NCBI GenBank assembly: GCA_965221695.1
Contig: OZ244905.1
Span: 960,001 to 1,024,000 of the forward strand
Length of the DNA stretch: 64,000 bases
Direction: 5' to 3'
Source: Gammaproteobacteria bacterium
Lineage (GTDB): Bacteria > Pseudomonadota > Gammaproteobacteria > Eutrophobiales > Eutrophobiaceae
Below the pieces are notes generated by a model. It was given only the letters and a program-made list of their open reading frames with translations, was not told the DNA's origin and did no database searches. The translations under genes were made by a program, and so were the position numbers. Positions within the stretch are counted from its first letter, which is position 1. Every line of letters begins with the position of its first letter. Shown here one piece after another: positions 33,914-43,676 of the stretch.

Positions 33914-35344
33914 GTGGTGAACTTACGGGGAAGAGGTTTTGCTGCCGGCGTTGCTCTCTGGCTTGCCAGTATCGCCGGGCATGCGGACGGATTGCCGAAA
34001 CCCATCGATTTTGTCGTCAAAGGACATAAAATTTCATCCGATTCCTACAGTCTTTTTGTCAAGGAAGTCGGCAAACAGGAACCGGTCCTGGCAATAAATC
34101 CGGAACTGGCCTTGAACCCCGCGTCCGTTATCAAAATTATCCCCACACTGGCTGCCCTGGAGTTGCTGGGTCCGGCCTACCGCTGGAAAACCGAGGTATA
34201 TATTCTGGGTGGAATCGGCAATGGAATTTTGCAGGGCGACCTGCTGTTCAAGGGTTACGGCGATCCGCATCTTGACATAGAGGATTTTCGTAAAATTCTG
34301 GAGGAGCTTAAGCGGCGCGGTATCAGGGATATCACCGGCGACCTGTTGATTGACGATTCCTATTTCAACATTGCATACGAAGATCCAGGCGCGTTTGACA
34401 ATGACCCGCACCGCACCTACAACGTCCTGCCGAACGCTTTCCTGGTTAATCTCAAGGCTGTTCATTTCCATTTTTATCCTGCCGCAAACAGCAGAAATGT
34501 GTTGGTATATACCGAGCCTGAGCTGCTCGGACTGAAAATCGATAACCGGTTGCGGCTGCGCAAACGTTATTGCGGAGGTTTCCAGAGAGGCATAGCGGTG
34601 ACTGTTCCGGACGGGAGAGTCGCCGATCAGGTCATTTTTTCAGGGAAGTTCCCGACTGGCTGTGACCACTATATCCTGTCCCGGTCGTTGATGACCCATA
34701 ACTCCTATGCTTACGGGGTCTTCAGCGCTATCTGGCGGCAACAGGGCGGAACTATCGCCGGACAGGTCAGACCAGCTACTGCGCCGGCGACAGACACACC
34801 CTTTCTGACACATCATTCCAAACCTCTCGCGGATATTATCAAACTGATCAACAAGTTCAGCAATAACGTCATGACTCGGCAGCTACTGCTAACCCTGGGC
34901 GCTGAACTTGAGGAACATCCGGGCACGGTCAAAAAAGGCATTCGGGCGCTTCACAGCTATCTTGCCGGACTCGGTCTGGACACGCAGTCGCTGAATATCG
35001 ACAACGGCTCCGGACTGTCAAGAGAGGCGCGCGCCTCGACAAAACTACTGGCTGACCTACTGGAACATGCCTGGAACATTCCCTACCGCCCTGAGTTCAT
35101 CTCATCGCTGGCGATTACCGGGGTGGATGGCACCGCAAAATCCCGGCTCAGGAACAAGTCTGCTTCCGGAGCTGCCCATGTCAAGACCGGCACAATAGAC
35201 GATGTCTCCGCCGTGGCGGGATATGTCCATACCCGGTCCGGTCGGGAGTATATCGTTGCAGGGATGATGAACGGGAAACTTGCCCATAAGGGCCACGGCA
35301 AGGAACTGATGAACGCCCTGATTAGCTGGGTCTATGGTCTTTAA
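33914..35344 (+). CDS. dacB: D-Ala-D-Ala carboxypeptidase/endopeptidase PBP4 (peptidase S13)
   Basis: PASVIK, FSNN, NGSGLSR, HVKTGT; start uncertain by a few codons. Confidence 0.92.
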   Translation: MVNLRGRGFAAGVALWLASIAGHADGLPKPIDFVVKGHKISSDSYSLFVKEVGKQEPVLAINPELALNPASVIKIIPTLAALELLGPAYRWKTEVYILGGIGNGILQGDLLFKGYGDPHLDIEDFRKILEELKRRGIRDITGDLLIDDSYFNIAYEDPGAFDNDPHRTYNVLPNAFLVNLKAVHFHFYPAANSRNVLVYTEPELLGLKIDNRLRLRKRYCGGFQRGIAVTVPDGRVADQVIFSGKFPTGCDHYILSRSLMTHNSYAYGVFSAIWRQQGGTIAGQVRPATAPATDTPFLTHHSKPLADIIKLINKFSNNVMTRQLLLTLGAELEEHPGTVKKGIRALHSYLAGLGLDTQSLNIDNGSGLSREARASTKLLADLLEHAWNIPYRPEFISSLAITGVDGTAKSRLRNKSASGAAHVKTGTIDDVSAVAGYVHTRSGREYIVAGMMNGKLAHKGHGKELMNALISWVYGL

Positions 35345-35356
35345 AAATCTCTAAAA

Positions 35357-35370
35357 TGCCATTCGTGGCA
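35357..35370. terminator. Short hairpin between convergent genes
   Basis: TGCCA-TTCG-TGGCA; weak stem, AAAA on the left side. Confidence 0.3.
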
Positions 35371-35377
35371 ATTACCC

Positions 35378-36154
35378 TTATACTTGCCACAATCTGAAGC
35401 TGCAGGAAGGCTGATCGACGGCCAGGGCGGCGGCATGACTCCCGGGCACAGGAATATTTTTTATCAGCCACCGGGCACCATCTTCAACCCCACTGCGCAG
35501 GGTCAACTCCGCATACTGTTCATCCGGACCGATACTGACATCAAACTCCTTAAGGCCGTAGGAGACCCCTGCTCCCAGCGCTTTCACAAAAGCTTCCTTG
35601 CGAGTCCAACAGGCAAAGAATGCCCTTAGACCATCTTCCTCCGGACGCTGTGCCAGGGCCAGTAGTTCCGCTTCGGAAAAATATCGACCAGCCAGCTTCC
35701 TCCACATCAGTTGCGGCCTGATTTTCTCCAGGTCCACACCCAGCCTCCCCTCCAGGGCTAGCGTCACCAATGCCAGGCCATGGGAATGGGATACATTGAA
35801 TGCCACAGTCTTACCGAAGGCAGGGATATCAATACATGGCTTGCCGCTCGCGCCATACTGAAAGTCAGCGCCAGCAAGATCCAGACCGGCCACTCTTGAC
35901 AGCATCAGCCTGAGCAGGCCTCGGGTGACGATATATTCCCTGTATTGGGCTTTTGATCTGAACTTTTGCGCGCGTGCCAGTTCCGACTGCGACAGACACA
36001 TCGCGTATGACCGTAGCTTTGCCTCTTGGGCTTCAGTTGAGGTCAGCCAGACATCGACATGGCCTCGGGACATTTCGAGATGAGCAGGCGCTTTTTGCCA
36101 ATGTTCATTCATGGACGGGATTCTATCCTTTTTTACGAGCGCGTAGGCAGCCAA
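35378..36154 (-). CDS. Sfp/HetI-type 4'-phosphopantetheinyl transferase
   Basis: GKP, FNVSHSHG, LGVDLE, WTRKEAFVKALG; start may be MNEHW. Confidence 0.93.
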   Translation of the reverse strand: MAAYALVKKDRIPSMNEHWQKAPAHLEMSRGHVDVWLTSTEAQEAKLRSYAMCLSQSELARAQKFRSKAQYREYIVTRGLLRLMLSRVAGLDLAGADFQYGASGKPCIDIPAFGKTVAFNVSHSHGLALVTLALEGRLGVDLEKIRPQLMWRKLAGRYFSEAELLALAQRPEEDGLRAFFACWTRKEAFVKALGAGVSYGLKEFDVSIGPDEQYAELTLRSGVEDGARWLIKNIPVPGSHAAALAVDQPSCSFRLWQV

Positions 36155-36243
36155 ATCGTATTTCCTGCCAGCTCCCTCGTTGCCATCACGCGGTTTATTC
36201 CTGTCAGATTGCAGATTAAATCGGGAATATCCTTTATCATAAT

Positions 36244-36276
36244 GGAAGCTCTGAGACTTAATCAGAGGCTCCCTAA
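36244..36276. repeat. Minimal palindromic element with IS5-like ends
   Basis: GGAAGCTCTGAGACTTAATCAGAGGCTCCCTAA, one mismatch to 14373-14405. Confidence 0.85.
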
Positions 36277-36291
36277 CAACAAAGGTAACAA

Positions 36292-36945
36292 ATGTTGAAA
36301 CTATATAACTACCCTAAAACACGAGGATTTAGAGTAACCTGGATGCTGGAGGAACTGGGCGTAGACTACGAATTTGAACTGGTGCCGTTTGGCCCCAACG
36401 GTTTTGCCTCCGAGGACTACCTGAAAATCAACCCCGCCGGGAAACTACCTGCCTTACGCGATGGCGACCTGCTGCTCACCGAATCAGCGGCCATCGTCGC
36501 TTACCTGGGCGATAAATTCCCCGAACAGGGGCTGGTCCCAGCGTCGGGAACAGCCGCTCGCGCAAAATACGACCAGTGGAGCTACTTTGTGCTGTCAGAG
36601 CTCGAACAACCCTTGTGGACAAAAGGAAAGCACACATTCATACTACCGTTGGACAAGCGCGTGCCGGCAATAATTGAAACTGCCGGATGGGAATTCCAGC
36701 AGGCCATGAACATACTCAGCAACGGACTGGGGCGCAATAAGTACATCCTCGGGGATTCATTCAGCGCCGCGGATATTCTGATAGGCCATACCCTAAGTTG
36801 GGCTCGGATCGCAAAACAACCGGTCGAACATCAGAACATCAAAGATTACGCCAAACTGCTTTTGAGCCGGGACGCGCTGCAGCGAGCGCAGGATCGGGAA
36901 AACGCAGCCCTGCATGCCTGGCAGAAAGACTCTCCCGCTGGTTAA
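36292..36945 (+). CDS. Glutathione S-transferase family protein
   Basis: WMLEELG, INPAGKLPAL, LTESAAI, YILGDSFSAADI. Confidence 0.93.
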   Translation: MLKLYNYPKTRGFRVTWMLEELGVDYEFELVPFGPNGFASEDYLKINPAGKLPALRDGDLLLTESAAIVAYLGDKFPEQGLVPASGTAARAKYDQWSYFVLSELEQPLWTKGKHTFILPLDKRVPAIIETAGWEFQQAMNILSNGLGRNKYILGDSFSAADILIGHTLSWARIAKQPVEHQNIKDYAKLLLSRDALQRAQDRENAALHAWQKDSPAG

Positions 36946-37889
36946 AAATGCGAATATCCGGTTATTTCCGGAATAAATTCGTCTCCATCCTTACGCAGAC
37001 AGAGTAGTCCCTTTTCCGCTGTTGTCATGCCGACAGGGTATACCGGTTGGCCGATACGATCCAGTTCCTGCAACCTGTCTGCCGGCACGGTAAAACAGAG
37101 TTCATAGTCATCCCCGCCACTGAGAATGAAACGCCACTTCCGAGCAGAGTCGGACTCCAACTCCATGTGCGGGTCGAATGGAATAGCATCAATATCGACC
37201 CGGGCGCCGACGGAGCTGGCATCAAGTAAGTGGCCCAGGTCGGCGAGCAGTCCGTCGGAGATGTCGATCATGGCGCTTGCGACCCCGCGCAATGACTTCC
37301 CTAGCTCCACCCTGGGAACCGGCTGTAGCAAGCGTCTTTGAAAATTGGCCGGTGGAGTCCGACCAGAGTTGATCATTTCAAGCGCATAGGCCGCGCCACC
37401 CAAACTGCCGCTGACATAGATTTGATCGCCCACATTGGCGCCACTGCGCCGAATCTCGCGGCCCTTGGGACACTGGCCGATAATCTGGATTGTCACTGCC
37501 AGCGGCCCTTTGCTAAGGTCCCCGCCGACCAGGGCAACGTCATATTCACGAGCCGGTTGCGCCAGTCCGGAGGCAAATCCGCGCAACCATTGATGACTCA
37601 TTTCTGTCTCAGACAAGGTCAATGCCAAGGTAAACCAGCGCGGAACGGCAGCCATCGCGGCCATGTCACTGAGATTTACGACCAACGCCTTATATCCGAT
37701 ATCGACGGGATCAGCATCGGGAAAAAAATGAACGCCGCTAACCAGACTGTCTGTGGAAACTACCAGGTGGGAATCCGAGTTTGGGGCCAGCAACGCGGCA
37801 TCATCCCCCACACTGAGCAGAACGCCGGGCGCATCGGGAGTCAAACCGGCAAAATATTCTTCTATGGCTCCGAATTCGGTCAAGGACAT
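36942..37889 (-). CDS. thiL: Thiamine-monophosphate kinase
   Basis: GDDAA, NLSDMAAM, DISDGLLADL, GGDDYEL. Confidence 0.97.
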   Translation of the reverse strand: MSLTEFGAIEEYFAGLTPDAPGVLLSVGDDAALLAPNSDSHLVVSTDSLVSGVHFFPDADPVDIGYKALVVNLSDMAAMAAVPRWFTLALTLSETEMSHQWLRGFASGLAQPAREYDVALVGGDLSKGPLAVTIQIIGQCPKGREIRRSGANVGDQIYVSGSLGGAAYALEMINSGRTPPANFQRRLLQPVPRVELGKSLRGVASAMIDISDGLLADLGHLLDASSVGARVDIDAIPFDPHMELESDSARKWRFILSGGDDYELCFTVPADRLQELDRIGQPVYPVGMTTAEKGLLCLRKDGDEFIPEITGYSHF

Positions 37890-37907
37890 GCCGATTCGGC
37901 GCCGACG

Positions 37908-38396
37908 CTACACCGGATTCCCGCTGGCGCGGGAACAGGCAAACATTTCTGAAGCGGCCTCCGGTCGCAGATTTTGCGCTGCCTGGTCCAACACAGCATT
38001 GATGTATTTGTAGGAATCTTCCGCCCCGAACAACCGCGCCAGTTCGACCGCCTCATTCAGAACAACGCGCAACGGCAAGGCGGGTTGATGGACGAGTTCG
38101 TAAATGCCCAAGTACAACACAGCTCGTGTGATCGGGTCCAGTTCATTCAGTTTCCTATCCAGGAAAGGATTTAAAACATCCCTGATCTGTGTTGAATTGG
38201 TGGAAATACCGGACAGTATCTCCCGGAAATATTCCCCGTCGGCCTTCTTCAATTCCTTTCTTTCCAGTTCAAACTCAGAGATGATGCCGAGCATTGTCTG
38301 CTCAGTGAAAAACCACTGATACAAGGCTTGAACCGCAGAGCGCCTTGCCCGAGCGCGCGCGCTCGCAGAGTGGCGGACCATGTTATTGTCAATCAT
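37908..38396 (-). CDS. nusB: Transcription antitermination factor NusB
   Basis: RARRSAVQALYQ, NEAVELARLFG, YINAVLD. Confidence 0.96.
   Translation of the reverse strand: MIDNNMVRHSASARARARRSAVQALYQWFFTEQTMLGIISEFELERKELKKADGEYFREILSGISTNSTQIRDVLNPFLDRKLNELDPITRAVLYLGIYELVHQPALPLRVVLNEAVELARLFGAEDSYKYINAVLDQAAQNLRPEAASEMFACSRASGNPV
37915..37940. repeat. Palindromic repeat inside the nusB 3' end
   Basis: Minus strand GCCTGTTCCCGCGCCAGCGGGAATCC; related to GCCTGTCCCCGTGAAAACGGGG at 48253. Confidence 0.55.
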
Positions 38397-38489
38397 AAGG
38401 GATCAACCGCTCGTAATGATATTCATACTGATGCAACATTGTGCGCTGCGTTGAAACACTTCATTACCTATATACTACCCTTGCTATAA

Positions 38490-38555
38490 TAGAAATTTTT
38501 GACTAAGTCAGAGGTTCCAACGGTACAGGGATGTACCATCAAAATCAATGACTTT
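38490..38555 (+). mobile_element. Left portion of the MITE-like element
   Basis: TTTGACTAAGTCAGAGGTTCCAACGGTACAGGGATGTACCATCAAAATCAATGACTTT aligns to 43528-43585. Confidence 0.8.
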
Positions 38556-38567
38556 GCTGTGTAAATT

Positions 38568-39680
38568 TTATTTACGGCGCGGTCTGAACACAAATCGCCA
38601 ATCGTCATCAAAGCGGCAGCAATCCACCATTTGCAGTTCTTGACGCTGTTCCAGTGTGTTGATTACGGGCAGTTCCATCATGTTCCTGGCAGCCGCGCCC
38701 AGTATCACCGGCGCCTGGTAGACCACCAACTCATCGATAAGACCGTAATGCAACATGCTGCCGGTCAATATCGCGCCCGCCTCCAGCAACAGGTCGTTCA
38801 CTTCCCAACTCAGCGCCAGCTCTCGCAAAACATCCGCCAGGAAGTCACTCTCTTCGCCATTGATGAAACGCACACAGGCGCCGGCTCGCGCCAGCCTCCT
38901 ATGCAGCCGCTGATCTCCGTTGCGTGTAAACAGGATCGTTGTTCCATGCAAACCCAGCATCTGCGCGTCGGCGGGGAAACGCAAACGGCGGTCCAGCGTC
39001 ACCCTCAGGGGTTGTCTTCCCGCGGTATCCACATCACGAACATTGAGACGCGGGTTATCCGCCAGCACGGTGTTGATGCCGGTCATGATAGCCGAGCTTG
39101 CCGCGCGCAAGATCTGCGTGTCGCGCCGGGAAGCCGCGCCGGTAATCCACTTGCTCTCCCCGCCCGCGAGCGCGGTTTTACCATCGAGACTGATCGCAGA
39201 CTTCGCCCGCACATAAGGCCGGGCGCGTGTCATCCGGAAAAAAAAACCCTTGTTGAGTTCCGTTGCCTGCTGTTCCATCAGACCAGCGTCGACCTGGATC
39301 CCGGCGTCTGCTAATGCTTTTATTCCGGCGCCCGAAACTTGCGGATTCGGGTCCTGGACAGCGACCACGACCCGGCTTACACCCGCCCCGATGAGCGCTT
39401 CGACGCAAGGCGGGGTTCGTCCGGAGTGAGCGCAGGGTTCGAGTGTGACGTAGACCGTCGCGCCACGCAGGTTGCAAGAAGCATCATTTAGCGCGTTAAT
39501 CTCGGCATGGGGTTCGCCTGCCTTGTGGTGCCAGCCGCTGCCCAGGATCTGCCCATTCCCGGTAATAACACACCCCACCCTCGGATTCGGGTGGGTAGTG
39601 AATCGGCCCCGGTTAGCCAATTCCAAGGCGCGAGCCATATAAGCGGAATCGGCCGCGCTCCAGCCTGCTTCAGTTTTCAC
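38568..39680 (-). CDS. ribD: Bifunctional riboflavin deaminase/reductase
   Basis: [36 protein letters not shown]. Confidence 0.97.
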   Translation of the reverse strand: MKTEAGWSAADSAYMARALELANRGRFTTHPNPRVGCVITGNGQILGSGWHHKAGEPHAEINALNDASCNLRGATVYVTLEPCAHSGRTPPCVEALIGAGVSRVVVAVQDPNPQVSGAGIKALADAGIQVDAGLMEQQATELNKGFFFRMTRARPYVRAKSAISLDGKTALAGGESKWITGAASRRDTQILRAASSAIMTGINTVLADNPRLNVRDVDTAGRQPLRVTLDRRLRFPADAQMLGLHGTTILFTRNGDQRLHRRLARAGACVRFINGEESDFLADVLRELALSWEVNDLLLEAGAILTGSMLHYGLIDELVVYQAPVILGAAARNMMELPVINTLEQRQELQMVDCCRFDDDWRFVFRPRRK

Positions 39681-40176
39681 GCCCGTTGAGCAAGTCCAAT
39701 TGGAATTTTTTCAGCTCCGGGGGCATTTCATCTTCCAACCTCGCAATCTCCTCCAGAAATGCTCTGACATCGGCAAAACTCTGATAGACGGAAGCAAACC
39801 TGAGATATGCCACCTGATCGACAGATTTTAATTCTTCCATGACCCAGTCTCCTATTTTTCTCGATTTAACTTCCCGCTCGCCGAGGGATCTCAGCTTGTG
39901 TTTGATACGAGCAATGGCGCTTTCCACTTTCTCCATCGCAACCGGTCGTTTCTCCAAGGAACGTAAAATACCGGAACGCATCTTTTCCTCAATAAACTGT
40001 TCGCGCCGCCCATCAGACTTAACAACTCTTGGGTAATTGAACTCCGCTGATTCATAACTGGTAAAGCGTTCTTTGCATTCCAGGCATTCACGCCGGCGCC
40101 GGACCTGATCCCCCTCGTCAGCCACTCTGGAATCTACGACCCTGGTATCCTCATATGAACAGAACGGGCAACGCAT
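39670..40176 (-). CDS. nrdR: Transcriptional repressor NrdR
   Basis: [24 protein letters not shown] cone, AYLRFASVY. Confidence 0.98.
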   Translation of the reverse strand: MRCPFCSYEDTRVVDSRVADEGDQVRRRRECLECKERFTSYESAEFNYPRVVKSDGRREQFIEEKMRSGILRSLEKRPVAMEKVESAIARIKHKLRSLGEREVKSRKIGDWVMEELKSVDQVAYLRFASVYQSFADVRAFLEEIARLEDEMPPELKKFQLDLLNGREN

Positions 40177-40209
40177 GTCTCTGATTATATGTCAAACAGC
40201 CTGAAAGAT

Positions 40210-40321
40210 TCAGATGGTTGCAATAGCATTTTCAAGACACGCTGTGAATACATCCATGTACGCTCCACTCCAGCCATCCATGGTTTCCGAGGGTCTAAAA
40301 AATGCTATTCCAACCATCTGA
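40210..40321. repeat. 112-bp element with 23-bp terminal inverted repeats and internal CATCCATG hairpins
   Basis: TCAGATGGTTGCAATAGCATTTT ... AAAATGCTATTCCAACCATCTGA (one mismatch); TACATCCATGTA and CCATCCATGG inside. Confidence 0.8.
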
Positions 40322-40333
40322 CAGATACCAACA

Positions 40334-41587
40334 TCAAGCATACATGGGAAAACGTTTACACAATACTTTTACTTCCCGTTTTATTTTCTCAATCAGCGTT
40401 TCATCTCCCATGTTGTCAATAATATCGCAAATCCAGGATGCCACCCGAACCGCTTCGGCCTGTTTGAAGCCGCGGGTGGTGATCGATGGGGCGCCAATAC
40501 GGATGCCGCTGGTAACGAAAGGCGATTGGGGATCGTCAGGCACCGCATTTTTATTCACGGTAATATTGGCCCGATCAAGAGCCGCATCCAGGTCCTTGCC
40601 GGTGATGCCCTTGCTGACCAGATTAACCAGGAACAAATGGTTGTCAGTGCCGCCGGATACGATGTCAACGCCTCGCCGGATAAATTCCTGGGCCATTGCC
40701 CGCGCATTCTCCATGACCTGTTGCTGATATGCCTTGAACTCAGGTTCCATGGCTTCTTTGAAGGCAACGGCTTTTGCCGCAATTACATGCATCAACGGCC
40801 CGCCCTGGTAATAGGGAAAAACACTAAAATTCAGTTTCTTTTCAAGATCCGGATTGGCCTTGGCCAGAATCAGACCAGAGCGGGGACCGCGCAAGGTCTT
40901 GTGGGTCGTGGTCGTTGTAACGTCCGCGATGTTGACCGGGCTAGGATACAGCCCGGTGGCGACCAGTCCCGCTACATGGGCGATATCAGCTACCAGATAG
41001 GCGTTGACCTGGTCTGCGATCTCCCTGAATCGCTGCCAGTCCAGTCTGCGCGAATACGCGGAAAAACCGGTCATCACAAGTTTTGGCCTGTGTTCCAGCG
41101 CTAGTTGTTCCGCGGCGTCATAATCAATCTCCCCGGTCTGCGCATTCAGACCATACTGCACCGCCTTGTAGACTCTGCCGGAAACGTTGACCGAAGCGCC
41201 ATGGGTCAGGTGACCGCCGTGGGCAAGACTCATTCCCATGATGGTATCTCCCGGCGCGCACAACGCCAGATACACCGCGCCGTTAGCCTGGGAGCCGGAA
41301 TGGGGCTGGACATTGGCATAATCGGCTCCGAACAATTCGCGGGCGCGATTGATGGCGAGTTGTTCCACCACATCGACATATTTGCAGCCACCGTAATAGC
41401 GTTTGCCGGGGTAACCTTCCGCATATTTATTAGTCAGCACTGATCCCTGCGCTTCCAGTACCCGGGGACTCACGTTGTTTTCCGATGCTATCAATTCAAT
41501 GTGTTCTTCCTGTCGGGTCCTCTCACCTTGCATAGCCTGATAGAGCGCCTCGTCGTACCCTTCGATTTTCATATCTTTGTCAAACAT
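40334..41587 (-). CDS. glyA: Serine hydroxymethyltransferase
   Basis: [33 protein letters not shown]. Confidence 0.99.
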   Translation of the reverse strand: MFDKDMKIEGYDEALYQAMQGERTRQEEHIELIASENNVSPRVLEAQGSVLTNKYAEGYPGKRYYGGCKYVDVVEQLAINRARELFGADYANVQPHSGSQANGAVYLALCAPGDTIMGMSLAHGGHLTHGASVNVSGRVYKAVQYGLNAQTGEIDYDAAEQLALEHRPKLVMTGFSAYSRRLDWQRFREIADQVNAYLVADIAHVAGLVATGLYPSPVNIADVTTTTTHKTLRGPRSGLILAKANPDLEKKLNFSVFPYYQGGPLMHVIAAKAVAFKEAMEPEFKAYQQQVMENARAMAQEFIRRGVDIVSGGTDNHLFLVNLVSKGITGKDLDAALDRANITVNKNAVPDDPQSPFVTSGIRIGAPSITTRGFKQAEAVRVASWICDIIDNMGDETLIEKIKREVKVLCKRFPMYA

Positions 41588-41600
41588 AACTCACCTTCAC

Positions 41601-41688
41601 AATCTCTGTTTAATTCAGAGGTTGCTACGGTACAGGGATGTGCGCGCTCTGACAAGTCCCGGCCGGATTTGTTCGAAGCTCCTGTTAA
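41601..41688 (+). mobile_element. Internally shortened copy of the MITE-like element
   Basis: TCAGAGGTTGCTACGGTACAGGGATGTGC joined directly to GCGCTCTGACAAG...TTTGTTCGAAGCTCC. Confidence 0.75.
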
Positions 41689-41771
41689 GCTATTCATGTC
41701 AAAGCGGGTGTGACAGATAACAAATTTACACAAAATAGCCTGTCGCCCGCGCACGGGCGTATAATGGCACA

Positions 41772-42638
41772 ATGATGAATTCAAACAATCCGGCTGCGCG
41801 CCTTGTAAATCTGCTGCGCCGCATTAAATTCAGCACGCGCCGCCCGGAACAGAACCGGGCTGCGCCGCTGCTGCGCTGGCGCAGCAGCGGCGCAGCTTCC
41901 TGCCTGGAACCAATCAGACATTCACGGGAAATCAAGCTGGAAGATTTGCTCTGTATAGAAAGACAGAAAACTGCGCTGCAATTGAATACTGAGCAGTTCA
42001 TCAACGATTACCCCGCCAATAATGCGCTGTTATGGGGACCGCGTGGCACCGGTAAATCCTCTCTGGTGAAAGCGGTATTCAACGAGTATCGGGACCAGGG
42101 ACTGCGCCTGGTAGAGGTCACGCGAGACAACCTGACCTACCTGCATGACATCTGTGACGAGTTGAGCCGTTTCACGGGCAAATTCATTATCTTTTGCGAC
42201 GACTTGTCTTTTGAGCAGAATGACCCCAGTTATAAGGCGCTCAAAGCGCTGCTGGACGGTTCTGTGAGTGATATTCCGGAGAACATCCTCATCTATGCCA
42301 CTTCCAATCGTCGCCACCTGCTGCCGGAATACAGATCGGAAAATCTGGAAGCCAGCAATATTGACGGGGAAATCCACCATGGCGAAGCGGTGGAAGAGAA
42401 ACTTTCCTTATCGGAACGCTTCGGCATCTGGCTGTCATTTCATCCGTTCAACCAGGAACAATACCTGCAGATTGCATTCCACTGGCTGGAGAAGACGGGC
42501 ATAACCCTCAATGATATGGGGCAGGTCAGGCAGGCAGCGCTACAATGGGCGCTGGAAAAAGGCGCCCGCAGCGGCAGAAGCGCGGCGCAGTTTGCGCGCG
42601 ACTGGGCGGGCAAAACATTATTATCCGAAAAGCGCTGA
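41772..42638 (+). CDS. AAA+ ATPase, DUF815 family
   Basis: NNALLWGPRGTGKSSLVKA, FCDDLSF, YATSNRRHL, EEKLSLSERFG, RSGRSA. Confidence 0.92.
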   Translation: MMNSNNPAARLVNLLRRIKFSTRRPEQNRAAPLLRWRSSGAASCLEPIRHSREIKLEDLLCIERQKTALQLNTEQFINDYPANNALLWGPRGTGKSSLVKAVFNEYRDQGLRLVEVTRDNLTYLHDICDELSRFTGKFIIFCDDLSFEQNDPSYKALKALLDGSVSDIPENILIYATSNRRHLLPEYRSENLEASNIDGEIHHGEAVEEKLSLSERFGIWLSFHPFNQEQYLQIAFHWLEKTGITLNDMGQVRQAALQWALEKGARSGRSAAQFARDWAGKTLLSEKR

Positions 42639-42650
42639 TTTGATAAATTG

Positions 42651-42698
42651 GACGAGTCAACCCAAGGCTTCCCATGACTTGCTTCAGAGCTTGTCTAA
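42651..42698 (+). repeat. Degenerate right portion of the MITE-like element
   Basis: GACTTGCTTCAGAGCTTGTCTAA versus GACTTGTTCAGAGCTTCCTTAA at the end of 43518-43676. Confidence 0.55.
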
Positions 42699-42727
42699 AT
42701 CATACAAAACGTACAGATTACTGTTGC

Positions 42728-43513
42728 CTAACGGGTTTCTATTAAACTGACCTGGATGAGCAGACCGAACAGGGGATGATCGAAATAATTGATTTCCTCC
42801 GGTTTTATCCTTCTGCTTTGCGTTAGTCTGACGTAGTCGACGGACTCGTACTTTGCGGCTTGTTCCGGCGTTGCCAGGTCGGGTTGCTTCAACGACACGG
42901 GGAAATAGGCAAAATCCACGTCCAGGTGCAGGAAACGGGACTTGCGTAATCGAACAATGCCGTCGAAAACCTTCACCGGCGGCATGTATTCCGATCCATT
43001 AACTGCGTCTGCAGGCTTTGCCGCGCCACGCTGTTTGGCAGTTATTCTCTCCAGCCGGGCGCTATCCAGACGCACTGCTCTCACATTCCTTCTATCAAGC
43101 CCGGGCTGCTGCCAGGCAACATGCAGCAAAGGCCGGTAGTTTGTGGACGATGCCAGAGTCCGCCTGACGCCTTCCAGTCGGTAATCCTGTTTCGGCAAAG
43201 CAAGGTATGGCGCCAGATTGTCTGCCTCCGGTACCGGGTTCTCTAAATCTGATTTACCGGAAGCATTGCTCGCTACTGAATCGGCGCTTTCCATAAGCAA
43301 TCCTATGGTTTGCACGGGCGACGGCAATCCGGGGTTTTCATACCACAATTCGCCGCCGGCATCGGGTTCGGTATATTCAAACAGGACCACTTCCACCTGA
43401 TACCAGTCTTCGGCAAGCGCCAAAGCAGAGAATGTCATCTGCGCGCAAAACAGCACAGCGGTTGACAAACCGGCCGCTAATGAAATTGTTGGCGCATCGA
43501 CTCTGCTCAACAT
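42728..43513 (-). CDS. CsiV-family periplasmic peptidoglycan-binding protein
   Basis: Signal peptide, WYQVEVVLF, LLHVAWQQP, QSRRI..EINYFDHPLFGLLI; usual mfd neighbour. Confidence 0.88.
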   Translation of the reverse strand: MLSRVDAPTISLAAGLSTAVLFCAQMTFSALALAEDWYQVEVVLFEYTEPDAGGELWYENPGLPSPVQTIGLLMESADSVASNASGKSDLENPVPEADNLAPYLALPKQDYRLEGVRRTLASSTNYRPLLHVAWQQPGLDRRNVRAVRLDSARLERITAKQRGAAKPADAVNGSEYMPPVKVFDGIVRLRKSRFLHLDVDFAYFPVSLKQPDLATPEQAAKYESVDYVRLTQSRRIKPEEINYFDHPLFGLLIQVSLIETR

Positions 43514-43517
43514 CTAT

Positions 43518-43676
43518 TTAGGAGACCTTTGATTTAGTCAGTAGCTCCAACGGTACAGGGATGTGCCGGCAAAATCAATGACTTTATGTTATTGATTTTA
43601 TAAGTAAAACAAAAATCACATTTTTATCTTACGCACTCTGACAAGCGCTGGATGGACTTGTTCAGAGCTTCCTTAA
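43518..43676 (+). mobile_element. Longest copy of a non-autonomous MITE-like element with IS5-like ends
   Basis: TTAG-GAGACCTTTGA ... TCAGAGCTTCC-TTAA, several internal hairpins, no ORF. Confidence 0.75.

Noticed and set aside
32343-36300. Prophage or ICE integrated at tRNA-Pro
   Set aside because: No integrase, attR duplication, phage or conjugation genes seen
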